Shown here piece by piece: positions 63,006 through 64,000 of a stretch of 64,000 bases of DNA. The DNA is taken from NCBI GenBank assembly GCA_023429825.1, contig JAEZDC010000035.1, positions 3,003-67,002 on the forward strand. Reading direction: 5' to 3'. Each line of letters opens with the position of its first letter. Positions within the stretch are counted from its first letter, which is position 1. The position numbers were made by a program, and so were the translations under genes. This DNA comes from Bacteroidota bacterium (GTDB taxonomy: Bacteria > Bacteroidota > Bacteroidia > Chitinophagales > Chitinophagaceae). The notes below the pieces were generated by a model. It did no database searches. It was not told where the DNA came from and was given only the letters and a program-made list of their open reading frames with translations.

Positions 63006-63770
63006 ATGGTTACGCTTGTTTATGATGGTACTTTCGACGGGTGGCTAACCGCCGTATTTGAGGTGTATGAGTACAAATTCAGAGATCCACTGATCGTTAC
63101 AGAAGCAAGGTTTCAGCCCAATGTATTCGCTGCTAAACACGGTGTAATTACCAGCGATGAGAAAGCAGAAAGGGTTTGGAAAAGCCTTAAGCAAAAGATG
63201 AGTCATAACGCACAAAATCAACTATACCATTCATTTCTGTGTGAAGAAGAGGGATTTGAAAACACCCTTTTGCATTATGTTCAATATACCTTTTCTGCCA
63301 ATAGAACTGTTGAACATGATTACAGCCATCGTGCCGTTCTCCAGGTAAAACAAACAGCCCATAAAGTGCACAGGGAGAGGCATAGGATGGAGGCTTTTAT
63401 CCGGTTTCAACTCACCCAAGACCAATTATATTATGCTGTAATTCAACCCGATTATAATGTATTGCCTCTGCTGGAAACACATTTTAGAAAACGCTATGCC
63501 GATCAGAAATGGATGATCTATGATGTACATCGCAAGTATGGTTTGTTTTATGATCTCCGGAGTGTAACCCAGGTCTCTGTTAGTTTCAATGAAGGAGATG
63601 GAATGGATATCTCGGCTTCGTACGATGAAAATGAACCTTTATATCAATCTCTTTGGCAACAATACTTTCAATCCGTAAACATCCAGGCCCGTAAGAACAT
63701 GAAACTACACATCAAGCATATGCCTAAGCGATATTGGAAATATCTTACAGAAAAAAAGCCTGTCCCTTGA
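63006..63770 (+). CDS. TIGR03915/DUF4130-family putative DNA repair protein (partner of the radical SAM protein)
   Basis: 254 aa with MVTLVYDGTFDGWLTAVFEVYE.. and ..MEAFIRF... The start abuts the radical-SAM stop (taaATG), the conserved gene pair. Confidence 0.8.
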   Translation: MVTLVYDGTFDGWLTAVFEVYEYKFRDPLIVTEARFQPNVFAAKHGVITSDEKAERVWKSLKQKMSHNAQNQLYHSFLCEEEGFENTLLHYVQYTFSANRTVEHDYSHRAVLQVKQTAHKVHRERHRMEAFIRFQLTQDQLYYAVIQPDYNVLPLLETHFRKRYADQKWMIYDVHRKYGLFYDLRSVTQVSVSFNEGDGMDISASYDENEPLYQSLWQQYFQSVNIQARKNMKLHIKHMPKRYWKYLTEKKPVP

Positions 63771-63784
63771 AGAAACAGGCCTTT
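63757..63784. terminator. possible bidirectional hairpin
   Basis: gcctgt (63758-63763) pairs with acaggc (63775-63780) across an 11-nt loop. It is flanked by A7 and ttt, and it overlaps the stop of the upstream gene. Confidence 0.4.
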
Positions 63785-63800
63785 AATAACGCATTTATCT

Positions 63801-64000
63801 TATTTCCCTTCAGGAAAAGATAAGTTACCATCACTCTGCGCTTCATCAGCATCTTTTTGCAGGTTATGCTGCATATTGGTCAGCCTGTCGCCGTCGTTAT
63901 CGGCGCTTTGTGCGGCCGCACCTTCCTGGGGATTTCTTGATCCGTCTTCATACGGTGAAGATGGACCTAACTGGTTTGCTTTCTCGCTTTCCGTCCTTTG
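63801..64000 (-). CDS. C-terminal fragment of a hydrophilic hypothetical protein (N-terminus beyond the right edge)
   Basis: My own minus-strand translation is open to the window edge: ..QRTESEKANQLGPSSPYEDGSRNPQEGAAAQSADNDGDRLTNMQHNLQKDADEAQSDGNLSFPEGK*. It is low-complexity and I recognise no family. Confidence 0.3.

Noticed and set aside
1-64000. tRNA, rRNA, tmRNA, transposase/integrase genes, prophage or defence islands
   Set aside because: No T-loop/anticodon-arm-like sequences, rRNA-like stretches or recombinase ORFs were seen. All long ORFs are accounted for by metabolic, envelope or regulatory genes. Small structured RNAs cannot be excluded without a search tool.

Overview
The window looks like a chromosomal segment of a Bacteroidota genome, probably Chitinophagia/Sphingobacteriia-like and roughly 40% GC by eye. 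I infer this from T9SS type-A and type-B C-terminal sorting domains, TAnnTTTG promoter boxes, OMP plus LytS/LytTR modules and an HMA-fused TonB-dependent receptor. I support about 58 tightly packed protein genes. I saw no rRNA, tRNA, CRISPR array, transposase or integrase.

Main gene blocks:
- 1-10.3 kb: housekeeping and tyrosine catabolism (Omp85/TamL-like OMP, TrmH, DPP-IV, hmgA, rpe).
- 16.4-19.8 kb: a putative metal-uptake module (HYC_CC_PP-like protein, HMA-fused TonB receptor, free HMA protein).
- 21.3-25.6 kb: an outer-membrane barrel with a LytS-type kinase and a LytTR regulator.
- 25.6-31.3 kb: a carotenoid operon (cyclase, crtZ, orphan, crtB, crtI) headed by a CarH/LitR-type MerR-B12 photoregulator.
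- 35.6-44 kb: lysC, fbp and folC.
- 45.5-47.2 kb: an ECF sigma factor with an anti-sigma::S1 protease fusion.
- 47.6-55.9 kb: an aromatic amino-acid cluster (tyrA, deaD, DAHPS-CM, aroB, aroA, aroC).
- lpdA, two large T9SS cargo proteins, and the radical-SAM/UDG-like putative DNA-repair pair.

Most interesting observations:
1. A DUF559 (Vsr-like endonuclease) cassette of about 540 bp sits in frame inside chorismate synthase. It is bounded by hairpin-containing inverted repeats, and a solo repeat copy supplies the C-terminal tail and stop codon of aroA.
2. A Tyr/Trp/Phe-rich leader peptide (..KYYYWYYFNRK*) with an intrinsic terminator lies directly upstream of tyrA. This looks like a classical attenuator.
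3. Many intergenic spacers are filled with phase-locked, drifting short tandem repeats with periods of 7, 8, 11 and exactly 21 bp. Some run in phase up to a start or stop codon.
4. A 20-40 bp REP-like element occurs in six intergenic copies.

All family assignments rest on motif recognition by eye. No database search or statistics were run.
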